Both the position numbers and the translations under genes were made by a program. Under the pieces are notes generated by a model. That model was not told where the DNA came from. It ran no database searches and worked only from the letters and a program-made list of their open reading frames with translations. From positions 53,694,001 through 53,758,000 of the forward strand of contig NC_058382.1 of NCBI RefSeq assembly GCF_018350175.1: 64,000 nucleotides of DNA, read 5' to 3'. Origin of the DNA: Felis catus. Its lineage: Eukaryota. This document shows positions 23,787-37,195 of the stretch, piece by piece (within the stretch, counting starts at the first letter, position 1; each line of letters begins with the position of its first letter).

Positions 23787-24460
23787 AAGATAAAATTGGG
23801 CACTGGCAGACGGGCATTTGAGCTGTGGATAGAGAGGAGTTCGGGAGGGGATGTTCCTTAGATGGGCCTTTCCTTTGTATGCCCTTGTTGCCTCCTGCCT
23901 ATGCTTCCAACATATGCTTTCACATCAACAGATGGATTCCTTGTCTTTCTGCTGAGACTCATTTTCCCCATTTGTGGAGGGGGGGGGGTTAAAATTACTC
24001 AAAACCTCTGAGTATTTGAGATAATTAAATTAAGATGATGCTTGTAGGTTTCATACAGTACCTTCAGGTAATAGATGTTCAATAAGCATTGGACATTGTC
24101 ATTACTGATATTTTCTATGATTAATTACACAATTAGATGCAACGCTGTTCATGCTAATAAAAATGTAAGTGGGTGATTTTAGGAGGAGGTGACAAGATCC
24201 TTTTTAAAGACAATTTAGAAAGTGTTTTAGAAAGTGTTGGGTGTTTGCTTTCAGTCTCAATTGCCTAGGCACACACATTTATTCCGTCTTTTACCCCAAC
24301 TGTGCATTCCTCTGGGAGAAAATGTGCCCTACCCAGTGTGCTCGGAAGTCCTCAGAGAAGCTACATCATGGGAATAATAATGACAAAGACAATAGCCAGT
24401 GTGTTTAGGACTTGGTCTGTGCCGCGTACTCGACCGCACAATTTACGTATGTTGACTCTT

Positions 24461-24680
24461 AAAACAATTTTTGTTTTCAACGTTTATTTATTTTTGGGAC
24501 AGAGAGAGACAGAGCATGAACGGGGGAGGGGCAGAGAGAGAGGGAGACACAGAATCGGAAACAGGCTCCAGGCTCTGAGCCATCAGCCCAGAGCCCGACG
24601 CGGGGCTCGAACTCCCGGACCGCGAGATCGCGACCTGGCTGAAGTCGGACGCTTAACCGACTGTGCCACCCAGGCGCCCC
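24461..24680 (-). mobile_element. Young felid Can-SINE inserted in a MIR (~24375-24800)
   Basis: Perfect 12-bp TSD atgttgactctt (24449-24460 / 24681-24692); near-consensus and CpG-rich. Confidence 0.97.
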
Positions 24681-24992
24681 ATGTTGACTCTTCATCTTTG
24701 CTATAACCTTGTGAAACAGATTCCAGTATGATTCCCCTTTTACGGAAGAAGATACTGGGGCTGGGTGAGATCTCACAGCCTGTAGGAGGCAGGGGTACAC
24801 ACACACCCAAGCAGCCGGGCCCAGCTTCAAGTTATTTCTCTCCCCTTTCTTCCTCTCCTGCTGATTTATCGTTCACTTGTCTTCAATGTACTCAGCTTAT
24901 CTGCTCATTTTTGCACACAGCTTCCCCACTGCCTGGATTGCCAGCTCCCGATTTCCACTTTCTTTTCTATTTGCCTTGCTCTCATGCTTGAT

Positions 24993-25138
24993 GCATCTTC
25001 TCAAATTTTAATGTGCATACAAATGGCCCAGAGACCAGCTTGAGATGAACTGAGGAATTCTGAGGTGGGGCCTGACACATCAGATTTCTAACAAGCACCC
25101 AGGGACACTGCTCCATGGACCACACTGTGAGTGGCAAG
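24993..25138. mobile_element. MER5A-like hAT element
   Basis: ttctcaaattttaatgtgcatacaaat...gaggtggggcctga...tttctaacaagc...ggaccacactgtgagt. Confidence 0.75.
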
Positions 25139-26134
25139 ACTCGGGTGGATCATGGGCTCCATGGGGGTAGAGATCGTGGCCGTGATTTCTGCAGCTCTGG
25201 GGCCTGCCAGTCTGCTGGTGAGCTCCACAGACAATCCACAGATAAGTACAGAGTGAATGGAGGAAGGAATGAATAAAGGTATCCCTTCCCTCGAACTGGA
25301 CCTTCTCCGTGGTCAATTTTACGTGACTGCCTGAAATCAGAGAGGCCTCCATTCAAGCCACATTTCCAACCTAAGACACATGTAACATCAAACAACTTAA
25401 CAGCTCTGGGTCCCAATTTTCTCTTCAAATAAAAGGGCATAATATCACAGCACCTTGCCCATTGTTGACTGTGAACAAGTGAGGGGAAACGAGATCCCTC
25501 AATTTCGATCCCACGCTTGGGGTCGATAATATCTCCATTGAGACTAGAGTAGCCCCTGGAGCTTCATCAGCTGTTGGCACATTGGTCCCATGGGCGGGGA
25601 CATTCCTCCTACCTCCTCAGTCCATTTCCAGTTGATCCACTCACCATCCATATAGTGAGGTTTTGTGCCAAAGAGAGAAGCAGGAATGAGCCAGGGAGTG
25701 ATCTAAGGAGAGCAAGGATAGGCACTGAAGGCTCTGGGAATTGTTTAGCAGGTGGGGGGGGTGGGCGGTCCGCCGAGGTCACAGTTTTCCCGGCAGGCAT
25801 CGAGGTAAACAATGGAGGCCTAGAACATCACTTTCAATGATGGCCTGTACCGGCTGACTGATTCTCCTCTTCCACCCATCACATTTTTCCACTTGCAAAC
25901 CTACTGAGAATTTCTCCTGGGAAGCTAATCTTGGCTTTAGCACACACATACCACGTAAAAAATGAGTAGCACAAATCACTGGATCTCCAAGTCCAAGGCA
26001 AACTTTTCAGTAGAGCCCTTTATTGAGTATCCCTTCCGAGAAATGACATATTGTTCAAGCTTTGCTGAAATATCTGCTGGGCATCTTAATTTCTCTATTT
26101 CCAGGTCTCCTTTGAAAGTTTTTTTTCTTCGTAA

Positions 26135-26322
26135 TGTTCTTTTATTTTTTCCTTTCTTCTTTCCTTTTTCTCTCTCTCTCCCTCTCTCTCTGTGTCTCCC
26201 CCTCCCTCCCTCTCTTTATCTCTCTCTCTTCCTTCCTCTGTCCCTTTCTTTCTCTATTCTTCCTTCCTTCCTCTTTCTTCCTTTCCTTTTCTTTTCTTTT
26301 TTCTTTTCTTTCTTTCTTTCTC
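26135..26322. repeat. Polypyrimidine low-complexity tract
   Basis: CT/TTC-rich run. Confidence 0.85.
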
Positions 26323-27609
26323 ACTGGATTTCCCAAAGAACATGAGCAAACAAGGAAAAGAAATTCTACTTCCCAGACAAAAATCTAAGTGCCTACCACT
26401 ATAGATGGTGTGACTTAAGGAAAGTTTTTATAGCCTTCTCTTAAAAAAAATATGTAGTTGAGGTTTCCCCATACAGAGAAAAAATAAAGAGGGAAAATGG
26501 CTCAAAACATAAACTGAGATATTAACTGAGAAGGCCATTCAAACACAGGAAAGTACTGAAACGATCACAGTTCACACGGGTTTAGGGCAGAGACCCCCTG
26601 GTGCCGACGGGTATAAGGTGAGAACCGGCTGGCAGTCCCTGGATCTGATTTCTGCACACACTTCCTGTCACCAAGAGTGAGCACCCAGTTAATAATGATG
26701 GCTGTCAGCCAATGGATGTCAACAATCTCCCCAACCACAGCCCCGTCCCCTTGCCCTGGTCAAGAACATGATGTTCTGGTGGCTTTGGTTTGGGCTTGAC
26801 TGAAGTGTCCCCACCTCTGAATGCCTTTGTATCCATCTCTGGCAACCCACGGACCTTTCCTCATCTCCACTGCACTCATTTGGGCCCTTTCATGATTCCT
26901 AACTAGTGGTTATTCAGTCATAATTGAGGCAGGAATCAGATCCTTGCCTTATAATCAGAGCCAGCCAGTTATCATGGGGCTCAGCAAGTTGATTCAATGC
27001 CACAGGGAAAATATATCATTCTGGGGTTTGGTTTAGACATTTGCATTCCCTGATTTCTTTCTCCTTCCAACTTAGACCATTACCCAAAACTCTGCAGGCT
27101 CTGAGGTTAAGCAGACCTATATTTGAACCCAGCATCTACCAGTATTAGACTGGAGAGCCCTGGGCAAATTTCCTGTTGTCATTACTTCGTTGTTTGCGAG
27201 TCTTTTTGTTGTTGTTGTTATTTTAGTTATTTTCAGAAAGAGTGAGACATAATAGTAAGGAGTCCAAATTCAGTGTGTTTCATTTATCCATGGAATCAGT
27301 CATTCTAGGCACACATTAGATACTTTCAAACTAGAGTGTTTGGAGAACAGAAAGCAAACATACTTTTTGCCCTTCAGAAATGGTGGCCATGGTCAGGTCT
27401 GAATCAGTCTGGTTGAGGCCAGGCAAGATGCTCCTCCTAGGCCCCCAGGCATGCAGCTACCCTTATACTCCCATGTTCCAACACATGTGGCTCCACAGAG
27501 ACACAACATGCAGGTGCATGTCTGGCTTTGTTCATTTCCTCAGACCATCATGCTCATCGCCGGCCTCAGGATCTTTGCATGTGCCATTTCTTTCACTTAG
27601 CATCCTCTT

Positions 27610-27975
27610 CTTTCACTCAATAAGTATTTTTTTTTCAGCACTCACTACATGTCAGGCACTTGTCTAGGGGATACAACGGTGACCAAGACTGTGACCTCAC
27701 GAGGCTTATGTTTTATGGGGATGTGAAGGTAGGGGTAATTGTGGGAAGGCTGAAGCAAATAATCCAATCCAGAGATAATCTGGGAGTGATGAGTACTATG
27801 AAAATAATCAAACACAGTCATGGGAGAGAAAGTAACTGAACACAAAGGTCAATGAAACCCTCTTTGAGGAAGATATTTGGAATTAAGGAGATATTTTGCA
27901 CTGAGCTATAAATGGTGCAGATTGTGTGACTATTTCAACGAGGATCATTCCAGACTGAGGAGCAAGAGCAAAAGC
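27610..27975 (-). mobile_element. L2 fragment
   Basis: tcactcaataagtatt...agcactcactacatgtcaggcacttgtctagggg L2 3' end in antisense. Confidence 0.7.
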
Positions 27976-27979
27976 CACA

Positions 27980-28508
27980 TGGAGTAACTTGCTCCTAAGA
28001 TGACTGCTAGTGAGTTCTTCACTCCCCACACGTCTGCACCTTCTCACCGCCGAGAAGTGGAACCGTTTCTCCCTTGTTCTTGAATCCGAGCTGGCTTTGG
28101 CAATTCCCTTGGCAATTCAAATGGGACAGAAGTGACATGCTGGGATTGTTGAGGCCAGGTCATTAGAAACCCTGCAGGTTCCACTTGGGCCTGCTGGAGC
28201 ACATTCATGGGGGGCACCCGCTCAGATCTCACTGTCGTGCTCCACAGAGAGGCCACAGGCAGATGCACCATTCAACTGACCCAGCTGAGCTCCTAGCCCA
28301 CTGCCAACATCAACTGTCACTTACATGAGGGAGCCATCTTGAATGCCCAGTCTTGCAGAGTCTCAGCCAACAGCTGATTGCGCCTATCAGCAGAAGTCAC
28401 CCAGTTGAGCCCAGTCAACCACAGAACTAGGAGAGGTGATCATGAAGTGTTATTAAATTTCACCACGTTTGGGGGTGATCTGTTGCACAGTAGGAGATAA
28501 TCACAACA
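27980..28508 (+). mobile_element. MLT1H-like MaLR LTR
   Basis: cagaagtgacatgc...gaggccaggtcattagaa...gagcccagtcaaccacagaac...gataatcacaaca. Confidence 0.8.
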
Positions 28509-28519
28509 CCCTGTGACTC

Positions 28520-28865
28520 TGCTCTGTCCACCTCCAGTCCATTTCGCCTTGTTAATTCCTTCTTATCTTTCAACTCAAACATTATTCCCATAGAGGAACC
28601 TTCCTACAACCCTCACCCCAGATGCTCAGGCACCTTCCTGTATATTCTCAGAATTTGTATTTTACCTTCATAGCACTAATAATAATTTATAGTTTGTATT
28701 TATTTTTATGGTTACTTATAATTGCCCCCTTCTATGCTCAATGATAATTCTCTATGTGTTTTGCTCACCATAACACCCCCAACATTTAGCATAGAGCCTG
28801 GCACCTAGTAGGTAATCAATAAATATTTGTTGAATAAAATAATAAAACAACAATGGAATGAATGT
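28520..28865 (+). mobile_element. L2 3' end
   Basis: cctggcacctagtaggtaatcaataaatatttgttgaat. Confidence 0.75.
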
Positions 28866-29359
28866 GTTGGCTTCAGGAAAAGAAAAAAGGGCATCCAGTT
28901 GTCAAAGTTAGCACACTTGGTAACAGATATTGTCCCCAAATACTAATTCATGTCTGGTGGCCAAATCTAGCTAGACTTTTTATCAAAGAAAGTTTAGAAG
29001 TTAAAATATCAACGGTCCAGGACATGTGGAGCCCCAGAAGAATTGGTTAAAGGATGGTTCTGTGACCTTCCAGAGGATGAAGAGTCCCTAAGTGGGCAGA
29101 GACCCTATGGGATAAGAGTAAGATCCTGGGATCCTTCTGGTTCTCAGCTACTCCCAGGAGAGTCAGCAACCCGAGGCTCCTTTAATATCCCCAGCATCCC
29201 ACACCAAAGCCATAAACAGTATGCACTCAAAGATGCCTCCTGAGCTTCTAAAACACAGCCCACAAAACTCCTCCTGGTTTACCTTCCTTCCACATTAGAA
29301 GCCTGTTTTCCTGCTTACTGCCTTTATATATTAAAAATAGTTTTTGTGTCTTACTACCA

Positions 29360-29545
29360 GACATTAAGAACTTATTTATCAGGTACTACGCCAAGTGCTT
29401 TCCATGCATTATCTCACCTAATCCTCCCAGAAGCCTACGAAGAGAGCATCTCCCAATTACAGATTGAGTAAACTAAGGCACAAAGAGGTTAAGAAATTTG
29501 CCCAAAGCCATGGAGCTAACAAGAAGCAGAGCTAGGTTTCAAAAA
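29360..29545 (-). mobile_element. MIR
   Basis: attacagattgagtaaactaaggcacaaagaggttaagaaatttgcccaa. Confidence 0.8.
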
Positions 29546-30219
29546 CAAAACAACAAAGAATCAAATGTGTGTGTGTGCGCATGCACACACACACACGCAC
29601 ACACGCACACACAGATTTGAATGTGTCCAAAACACAGATTTTTATGCATTCTGCTTCAATGCCTCATAAAAGAGAACACGTTCTCCTGATTTTGCCCCGC
29701 CCTGGCTCGGAACCAGTTAACGTGGCTCTGGGCCGGACACACCATAGGAGACGGCATGTGGTGATGACCTACCAAGGTTTAAACCCTGACACTTCCAGCA
29801 GGGGGGTCAGACTCCCCTTCTCCACCAGGGCCCAGCAGCCTGGAAGCACATCTGAATGGGCATTGTGGGCACAGAGAAGGAGCTCAGCCCCCAGCCAATC
29901 GCAGGCACAGGCGGGCAGGGCGGATCACCCTGTGGCACTCTCAGGATCCAGGGGACAGGGGTGCTGAGTACACTGTCAAGCTGAAGCTGGGGAAAGAGCT
30001 TGGATCTCAGGAGAATCCCCCGAGAAACACGGCCACAGTGAAACATCAGGTGCAACACGGCTTTATTCTGGGTGGGCCAATTTTGAAATTCAAGACTGAT
30101 AAACATGTCTGGGAATTTGAGAGACTGACTCAGAAATCCCCGGGCCCTTGGCCCTACCATTACGTGAAGGCTATAGATCCCACAAGTGAGCTTGCTCTAA
30201 TCTTCTCTGCGCTTCCCTG

Positions 30220-30900
30220 ACTCTCCCCGCCTCCCCATCCCCGCCCTGTGTGATAGCTGCCTCAGCAAGTGTGAATCACGAAACCACATAAACTGCAACA
30301 AGGCCATCCTCCTGCCGACTTCTGGGAACATAAACAATAATAATGTAAATGCAACGTACTAAAGGCTTAAGCAGAGTGCTTAAAGGAAATCTATATTTTT
30401 TATGTAAACAGTCTTCTGTTTACAGACGTGGTAACAGTCGTTCTGCTCAACTCTGGGAGATCCGAAACCAGTTTGCCCTAGAAGCAAAGGGTATAACCTC
30501 TGGCCAGGAGAGTGCAAAGGAAAGAGAACGCAAAAACCTCACTTTTAAACGTCTCTTCCCCCTTCCCCTTCTGCAGCGCTGGCTGGTGAGACCTCTGTTA
30601 GGTGGTTAGACATCTGCATTTTCCTTTGCATAGCTCTCAAAGAACCCTTTGTAGGGCAAAAGGTATGGGGTGTGTGCGAGCATGTGGAGACGAAAGAGAG
30701 AGAGAGAGGAAGAAAGGGGAGGGGGAGGTTAAGGTGTTAGAGAAGGAGCTTAAACTCAGACACCGCACAAACCATGAAAACCTTTCCCACCATTTCTATG
30801 TCTCCTTTTGTCTCAGAGCCGAATATTGATCCTAGGTGGTGATCTACAGGGCTAGAGAATGTCAGACAACTTGAAAATTCCTGATTGTTGCTAACCACAA
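30220..30900. promoter_or_regulatory. Candidate enhancer or promoter with inverted forkhead sites
   Basis: Two GC-box-like ccccgcc, ATAAACA, and palindromic tgtaaacag-tctt-ctgtttaca (30403-30424); repeat-free. Confidence 0.4.
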
Positions 30901-31661
30901 ATATTCGGGATTTGTGTTATCTAGGTTATAATGAGAACCTGCCAGGGAAAAATTCAGACATACAAATCTTTGTGTAAACTACCTTAAGAGTCTTAAGCTG
31001 ACAAAAGCCAGAGCAAAGTCTGAAATTTTGTCCTCAGAGTACCCATAATTGAGTCTCTGGCTCTTCATATATTGTAACAGGATTCCAGCAGAACTTGGGT
31101 TTTCCACGTATGCCATTCTCTGTCGGGGCCAGAAAAGTCTTACTTCGTTCGGTGGCCTCCCTGATCTAAATATCTGGGAACCGTAGGGGTTATGGGGTAA
31201 AATGGTTTTCAACGTTCTGGGCACTGATGGAGGAAGGGGTGAGAACAGGAGGGGTGAGAACATCACCCTCCTCCTGACCGCTGTCACTCTTGCCTGTCCA
31301 GAGTCCAACCCCTTCTTCTTCTAGGTGCTTAGGCCAATCACACCTTCACCTCCAGAAATTTAGACCTTGAGTACCATCACCCAGTCAAAAAACAATGGCA
31401 GCTAACAATAGCTATCTCATCGAAGCCAACGGAATGAATGATGAGATGCCTGCAGTAACATGAGAAAAAGTGGAACTAGTTTTGGTCATCCCTGCCTCCC
31501 ATCCTGGAAAACCAACCTGCGGTAGGAGAGCTTAACCATCTTCTGAGACTAATTAGCTGATCCTGGCTGTCTGACCGCACAAAGGGAGGCACACCTTTGT
31601 AGAGCACAGACACAAATCTTTTTTTTTCTCCTTTTTTTGAGGACGTTTTTGGGGGGCACCA

Positions 31662-32070
31662 TTTTTTTAATTCAAAATATACACAACAAAATGTGCCATT
31701 TTAATTATGTCTCATAATTAAATATACAATTCAGTGGCATTGAGTACATCCACTGCGTTGTACAACTATCAGTCACTACTATCGGTTTCCAAAACTTACT
31801 CATCAGCCCGGAGTTTCCTACCCCCCTCACCCCCTCTGATCTACTTTCTGGCTCTGTGAATTTGTCTCACATGAATGGGCCACACATTAATCGTCCTACA
31901 GTGTCTGGCTCATCTCACTTAGGATAATATTTTCAAGGTTTATCTGTACTGTAACAGGTATCAGAATTTAATTTCTTTTTAAGGTTGAATAATATCCCAT
32001 TGTATGGATACACCACATTTTGTTTATCCATTTATATGTTGATGGACATTTGAGTCGTTTCCACATGTTT
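31662..32070 (-). mobile_element. L1MB-like 3' end fragment
   Basis: tatacaattcagtggcattgagtacat...aaggttgaataatatcccattgtatggatacaccacattttgtttatccat...gatggacatttgag. Confidence 0.85.
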
Positions 32071-32640
32071 TGGAGGAAATGCCAGTGTTTTCCTCAAGTC
32101 TTCAACAGACCAAATGAATGGGCCCACTTGACATCTAAACCACACCCAGGTCTCATATGGGCTGATGTACTCTGACTACAGAAGAGAGATTAAGGAATTA
32201 ACAAAACAAAGAAGAACCACTAACTTGTATAAGACACCTAGAGGGGCCAATCTGGTAGTGACTTCCTCACATTATTTCTTTTAATTCTTACAGTAACCAT
32301 ATGAAACAAGTCTTTTTAATTTTATACTCTCTCCCCAATTATCTTTAGCAGATAAAATTGAGTTTCAAAGCATAGGAAACTTTCCAAGGTCACCATAAAA
32401 TAAATCTGTTTGGACTCATGTTTGTGCCATTCTCTACCACAGATCGCCTTAGTCAAACAGAACACATATGAGGTAAATGATCCTGAGCAGGGAAATCATC
32501 TAGCCAGCTCACCTAGAAGTCTAAACTGGTTTCCTAAGTGAAGTTCCAAATTTGAAGGCAAAGCATGGGTGAGTTCCCAGAAGATTCTGTTTTCTGGCCC
32601 CAAATCATCCCTGCCTGGGCCAGGGTAGTGAGTAACAAAT

Positions 32641-32920
32641 AAAGAGAGAGGAAGGAAGGAAGGAAGGAAGGAAGGAAGGAAGGAAGGAAGGAAGGAAGGA
32701 AGGAAGGAAGGAAGGAAGGAAGGAAGGAAAGAAGGAAGGAAGGAAGGAAGGAAGGAAGGAAGGAAGGAAGGAAGGAAGGAAGGAAGGAAGGGAGGGAGGG
32801 AGGGAGGGAGGGAGGGAGGGAGGAAGGAGGGAAGGAAGGAAAGAGGGAAAGGAAAGGAAAGGAAAGGAAAGGAAAGGAAAGGAAAGGAAAGGAAAGGAAA
32901 GGAAAGGAAAGGAAAGAAGA
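32641..32920. repeat. Compound (GGAA)n(GGGA)n(GGAAA)n microsatellite; 280 bp of uninterrupted purines
   Basis: Only A/G from 32641 to 32920. Confidence 0.97.
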
Positions 32921-33314
32921 TGAAAAGCAGAAAATAGCAAGGCCATCTGGTCAACAGTGGCTCTGTAACCTCCAGGCAATCATGCATTCTGTGCTGGATA
33001 GCCTTTCACATGAAGCTGTCCCTGCTGAGGTTACAACCCTCCTCACTGTGGCCTCAAGGAACCCAAGAAACACACTCATTGCTTCTTTGGTTATTTTATA
33101 AACAGTGCTTGGAAACCACGAGTCATTATCACTCTCCTGACCAGCCAGTCAGACTTTCCATGCCCTTGTGTGCCATGCCCTTAATCTTCTCAAAGCCAGC
33201 AGCATCATTCCTCTAAACCAAGAGGATTGTTTACTTTGGCCATAATCAGGGCAGAGTTTAGGTATCAGCCTGTCCTCTCTTAGTGCCCAACAGGGCTTTA
33301 GGGCTATAATCCAA

Positions 33315-33810
33315 ACATTCATCCCACCATCCATTCTTTTATGCACGCAATCGTCCATGCACTCCTAGATCCTTCAAGTTTTGCCCAGGCAATTATATAT
33401 TCATATATCCATTCATCCATTCATCTATTCATCCTTCCACCCACCCATCCATTCATTTATTGATGCAAGTATCCACCCATATAGTCCCTTTTAATCTTTC
33501 AACTACTTATCAATTCCTCAATGTATCCACCCACTTACCCAATAACCAATACAGTAATTTATCCACTCGTTTGTACATAGATGCATCCATCCTTTTATCA
33601 CCCACTCAATCGCTCACCGTTTCTTCACTCAGTCACCCAATCACCCACTTATTCAACCACCTAACTACCTATTCCCTAAGTCTGTAATCACCTATCATGA
33701 GCCAGGCACCGGTGCTGATGTGGGAGGAATAAATGTGAACAGTACAGTTACCCATTCCCCCATCCACCTACAATCTCCCATCGATCAGCATCTATCCATT
33801 TATCCACCCT
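33315..33810. repeat. Degenerate (CATC)n/(CCAT)n simple repeat region
   Basis: Recurrent catccatccacccac/ttcatcc variants; a similar tract lies at ~34150-34240. Confidence 0.7.
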
Positions 33811-36506
33811 GTAGAATTCCACCCCTGTGGGCACTGACATCGTTACTGGGAGGCTCCCAGTGAGGTTCAAAGAGAGAAGTAGAGATGAACCCAGATTCAG
33901 GTCCATGCAGAGAGTGCAACCAAAATGGTAGGTGGGAAGGACTGGCTAAGAGACAAAAACTAGTCAAGAGACAAAATACCAGAACCGTAGTTAAAAAGGA
34001 AGAAAATTTGCAATGGTGCATGTGAATATGGAATCTGCAGAGATTCATTTGGGTACCACCATTACTCACAGAGATATTGAGAAATAATTCTGAGCCTTCC
34101 TGAGGGTCAGAAGGAAGCTTAAAAAGGTGCCAAGATGATTAAGACACTTCCATGTATCTATCCACCCATCCATCAATTCATTCATTTATTCACATATCTA
34201 CACATCCATATATTTATACATCTATCCATCTACATTCGTATTGTTCAACAACTGTAGCACTGGCTCTTAATCAGGGCTCCCTGAATTGGTACAATCACAT
34301 GAATGCAATTCATCCTTGTACAGAAGTGCAAATTAAATATTTGCTGAATAAATTAATGAGTGCTCTCAGTTATGACTAGAAAAACCAAAACCAAAAAGGT
34401 GGTGCCCTGATCAGATAATGTGGCTGGCTCCAGAGTGGTATGAATAAGTTTACTTTTTATATGATTGCTTAATGACCACGTGCGGGATTCATCCTACCTG
34501 CATTTGAGAAATGGATATGCCCAGACGAGGCCATGACTAGTTTAGGCATGTCTAAAGGGACTTGGTTTTAGCTGTTTGACAAAGTGAATCCAACTCCCTC
34601 AATATTCTAACACACCACTGGAAAGGGCGAAGGCCAGATTCACGCATTAGGAGCTAATCAGCCAGATCTCAGGATTCAGTAGATCCAATTATTTTTGCTT
34701 AACACCACTTTACGAGGCCACCATAGAGACCCTTAATCAAACTGACTGTATGGGATAACTGCATTTACGTAAACAGAACTCTGACTTGCTCAGTTGAGGA
34801 ACATCACCATGAGTTTGGTCAATACAGACAAGCTGTCTGGACAACCCAGAGTGAAATCTTGCCTTTTATTTCTAAAAAACAAAGTAAGTAAGCCCTTTCA
34901 ATTAAACCTGGAGGCAACAGCATGTCAGCAGCCACACAGTGGATATGGGAGATAAAGCCAGAGAAAGGTAGATTTCCATCTGGCATCACTTACCACATCT
35001 GTGGTCTTGGGCAGGTTACATTGAGCGTCTCTAATCTTCAGTTTCCCCGTCTGTAAAATACAGGAAAACCATCCTTTACTTGACCCAGCTGGATTCTAGT
35101 CAGTACCCTATAGAAATATCTATACTCTCGATGCCTGACACAAAGGAGGCACCCAAAATTGGAGCTCCCAGTACGTTGATTTTCTAAATAGTTGCTCTGT
35201 CTATTTCACTTTTCTTGAGACCAATCATTAAAAAAAAAATTTTTTTTTAACTCTTTTAATACCTGTTAGGAACCCTTGACTCTGCGAAGGGCTTCCCTGT
35301 CTCTTGCCTCATTTGCATGTCAACATCACCATCGTTGTCATTATCCCCCAAACTATAACCACTTCCATTCTGCAGATAAGAACACCGAGGCCCAAGTGGA
35401 ATGAGTAACTTACCCACTTCATATCAGACTCAGAACTTGAACCCGTCACCGTCAGGCTCTGAGCCCAGTTTTCTTGGTATCAGCAGGTTATAAATAGCAG
35501 ACCCAAGAAAACAAATAGAAGAGGCAAAAGGCCACCAAATCGCCTGAGACCCATCCAGAGTGGTCTTGCTTATGTAACAAGTATGCAGTTTGCTAAGAAG
35601 ACCCAAGTAGACATATGTACTCATGGCGCTTGTGTTCTTCCACACGTGTGAGCAGTATCATTAAACACCATTGTGACCTTTGGATTGGCCTCCAACATAC
35701 AAGACGATCCTCTAACCTGAAAAGCTGTCCTATTTGCCCAGATTCCTACAAGGAGCCTGTGTTTTATTTCACTGTTTTCCTGGGTGTGCTTCTATTTTCT
35801 TATTTATTTATTTGAACTACTAAATTATCTAATTAGTGACATATACCGTTGACACATGGGCCACTATGAATATTTACTGCACACTTGTTCACGCATTTAT
35901 CTAAATAGGTGGCATGCCAGCGCCATGTAATAAGGAATAATGATTCTTTAGGAGAGTTACAGGAAATTATAGGAGGGGGAAAAAGTTTTGCACAGTGGGT
36001 TGCAGCTTCCAACCACATCTATCAATTCTTCCTGAGATAGAGCAATTGCATAGTAATGACAAAAAATTTATAGTAATGAATAAATCAATACTCAGCTCTG
36101 CAGCAGTTTCAGATGTTACTTTTATAGGTCTTCCCGTGTCTATTATATATCCCTTAGCTCTGGAGCTGAGAGAGTGCAGTGAATGCCAACAGCTATAGGA
36201 GAAAGGGAATAGCTCAGACTCCTGAGAACATGGTGATCCATCACGATCCCCTCTCAGGGAGACCCATTTATATCTCTGAGCCCTAACATGGAGCAGCTTA
36301 CAGTGATCGACTACTCGGTGGACAAGTGTTTGTTTTAAGAATGGAGCTGTCATTTCATACTGAGCAAAATGGAAATGCAAAAACAAACAAACAAACAAAC
36401 AAACAATTATGTAGGGAGGAGTAGAATCTCCCAGGGCTTTATTCATCCAGCAAATATCAGCACACAGTAGGCCAAGTGCCTACTAGGTACCAAGCACAGT
36501 TCTGGG

Positions 36507-36730
36507 CAGGGGTCAGCAAAGCTTTTTTTCTGTAAAGAGACAGACAGTAAATATTTTAGGTTTTACAGGCCAAATCGTCTCAGCTGCCACATAGCAACTC
36601 TGTCTCTGTAGTGCAAAATCAGCCATATACGACTTGTTAAAAAATGGGTACAGCTAGGTTCCCCCGAAATTGATTAACAAAGAAGGTGATGGGCAGGGCT
36701 TGGCCTGTGGGATACAGATTGGCCAGCTGG
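36507..36730 (-). mobile_element. MER58A-like hAT element
   Basis: caggggtcagcaaagcttttttctgtaaag...gtaaatattttagg...ggcctgtggg. Confidence 0.8.
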
Positions 36731-37081
36731 TATACAGAGCCACATTTCCCCAAAGGATGAGCCCTCCTTCAGGGGACCGTGGGATGACTGGGTAGGGACA
36801 CAGACCTGGTATAAATGACTTAGAGTCACACAAGGAGATTTAATGTCAACTATAAGTCTCTTGCAATGATTACACCAAGCAGAGAGTCTCTATAGGGTGC
36901 TAGCCTTTACTATCTCTCCAACATTTTGTTAACCTCTTTTTCAACAAAAAGAGAGCTCCCAAGACTCAATATTGGCAAGGAACAGCTTCTAGAGATTCTT
37001 CAACTATTGTTCCTTTTTGTTCTGAGTTTCTATTTATGGCAAGTAATGCCTGTTTCTGTTTACCATTTAGAAAGGCAGAAA

Positions 37082-37195
37082 CAGGGTTTCTTAACCTTGG
37101 CACTATAGACAGATGTGCTGGAGGTGGGAGGCTGTGAACTGTAGGATGTTTTGTGGCATCCCTGGTCTCTACCCACTGGATGCTGGTAGCACAAA
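37082..37195. mobile_element. MER20 fragment
   Basis: cagggtttcttaaccttggcactat...gcatccctggtctctacccactggatgctggtagcac. Confidence 0.75.

Noticed and set aside
32496..32987. 163-aa and 124-aa PSFL-repeat ORFs
   Set aside because: Translations of the GGAA/GGAAA microsatellite.
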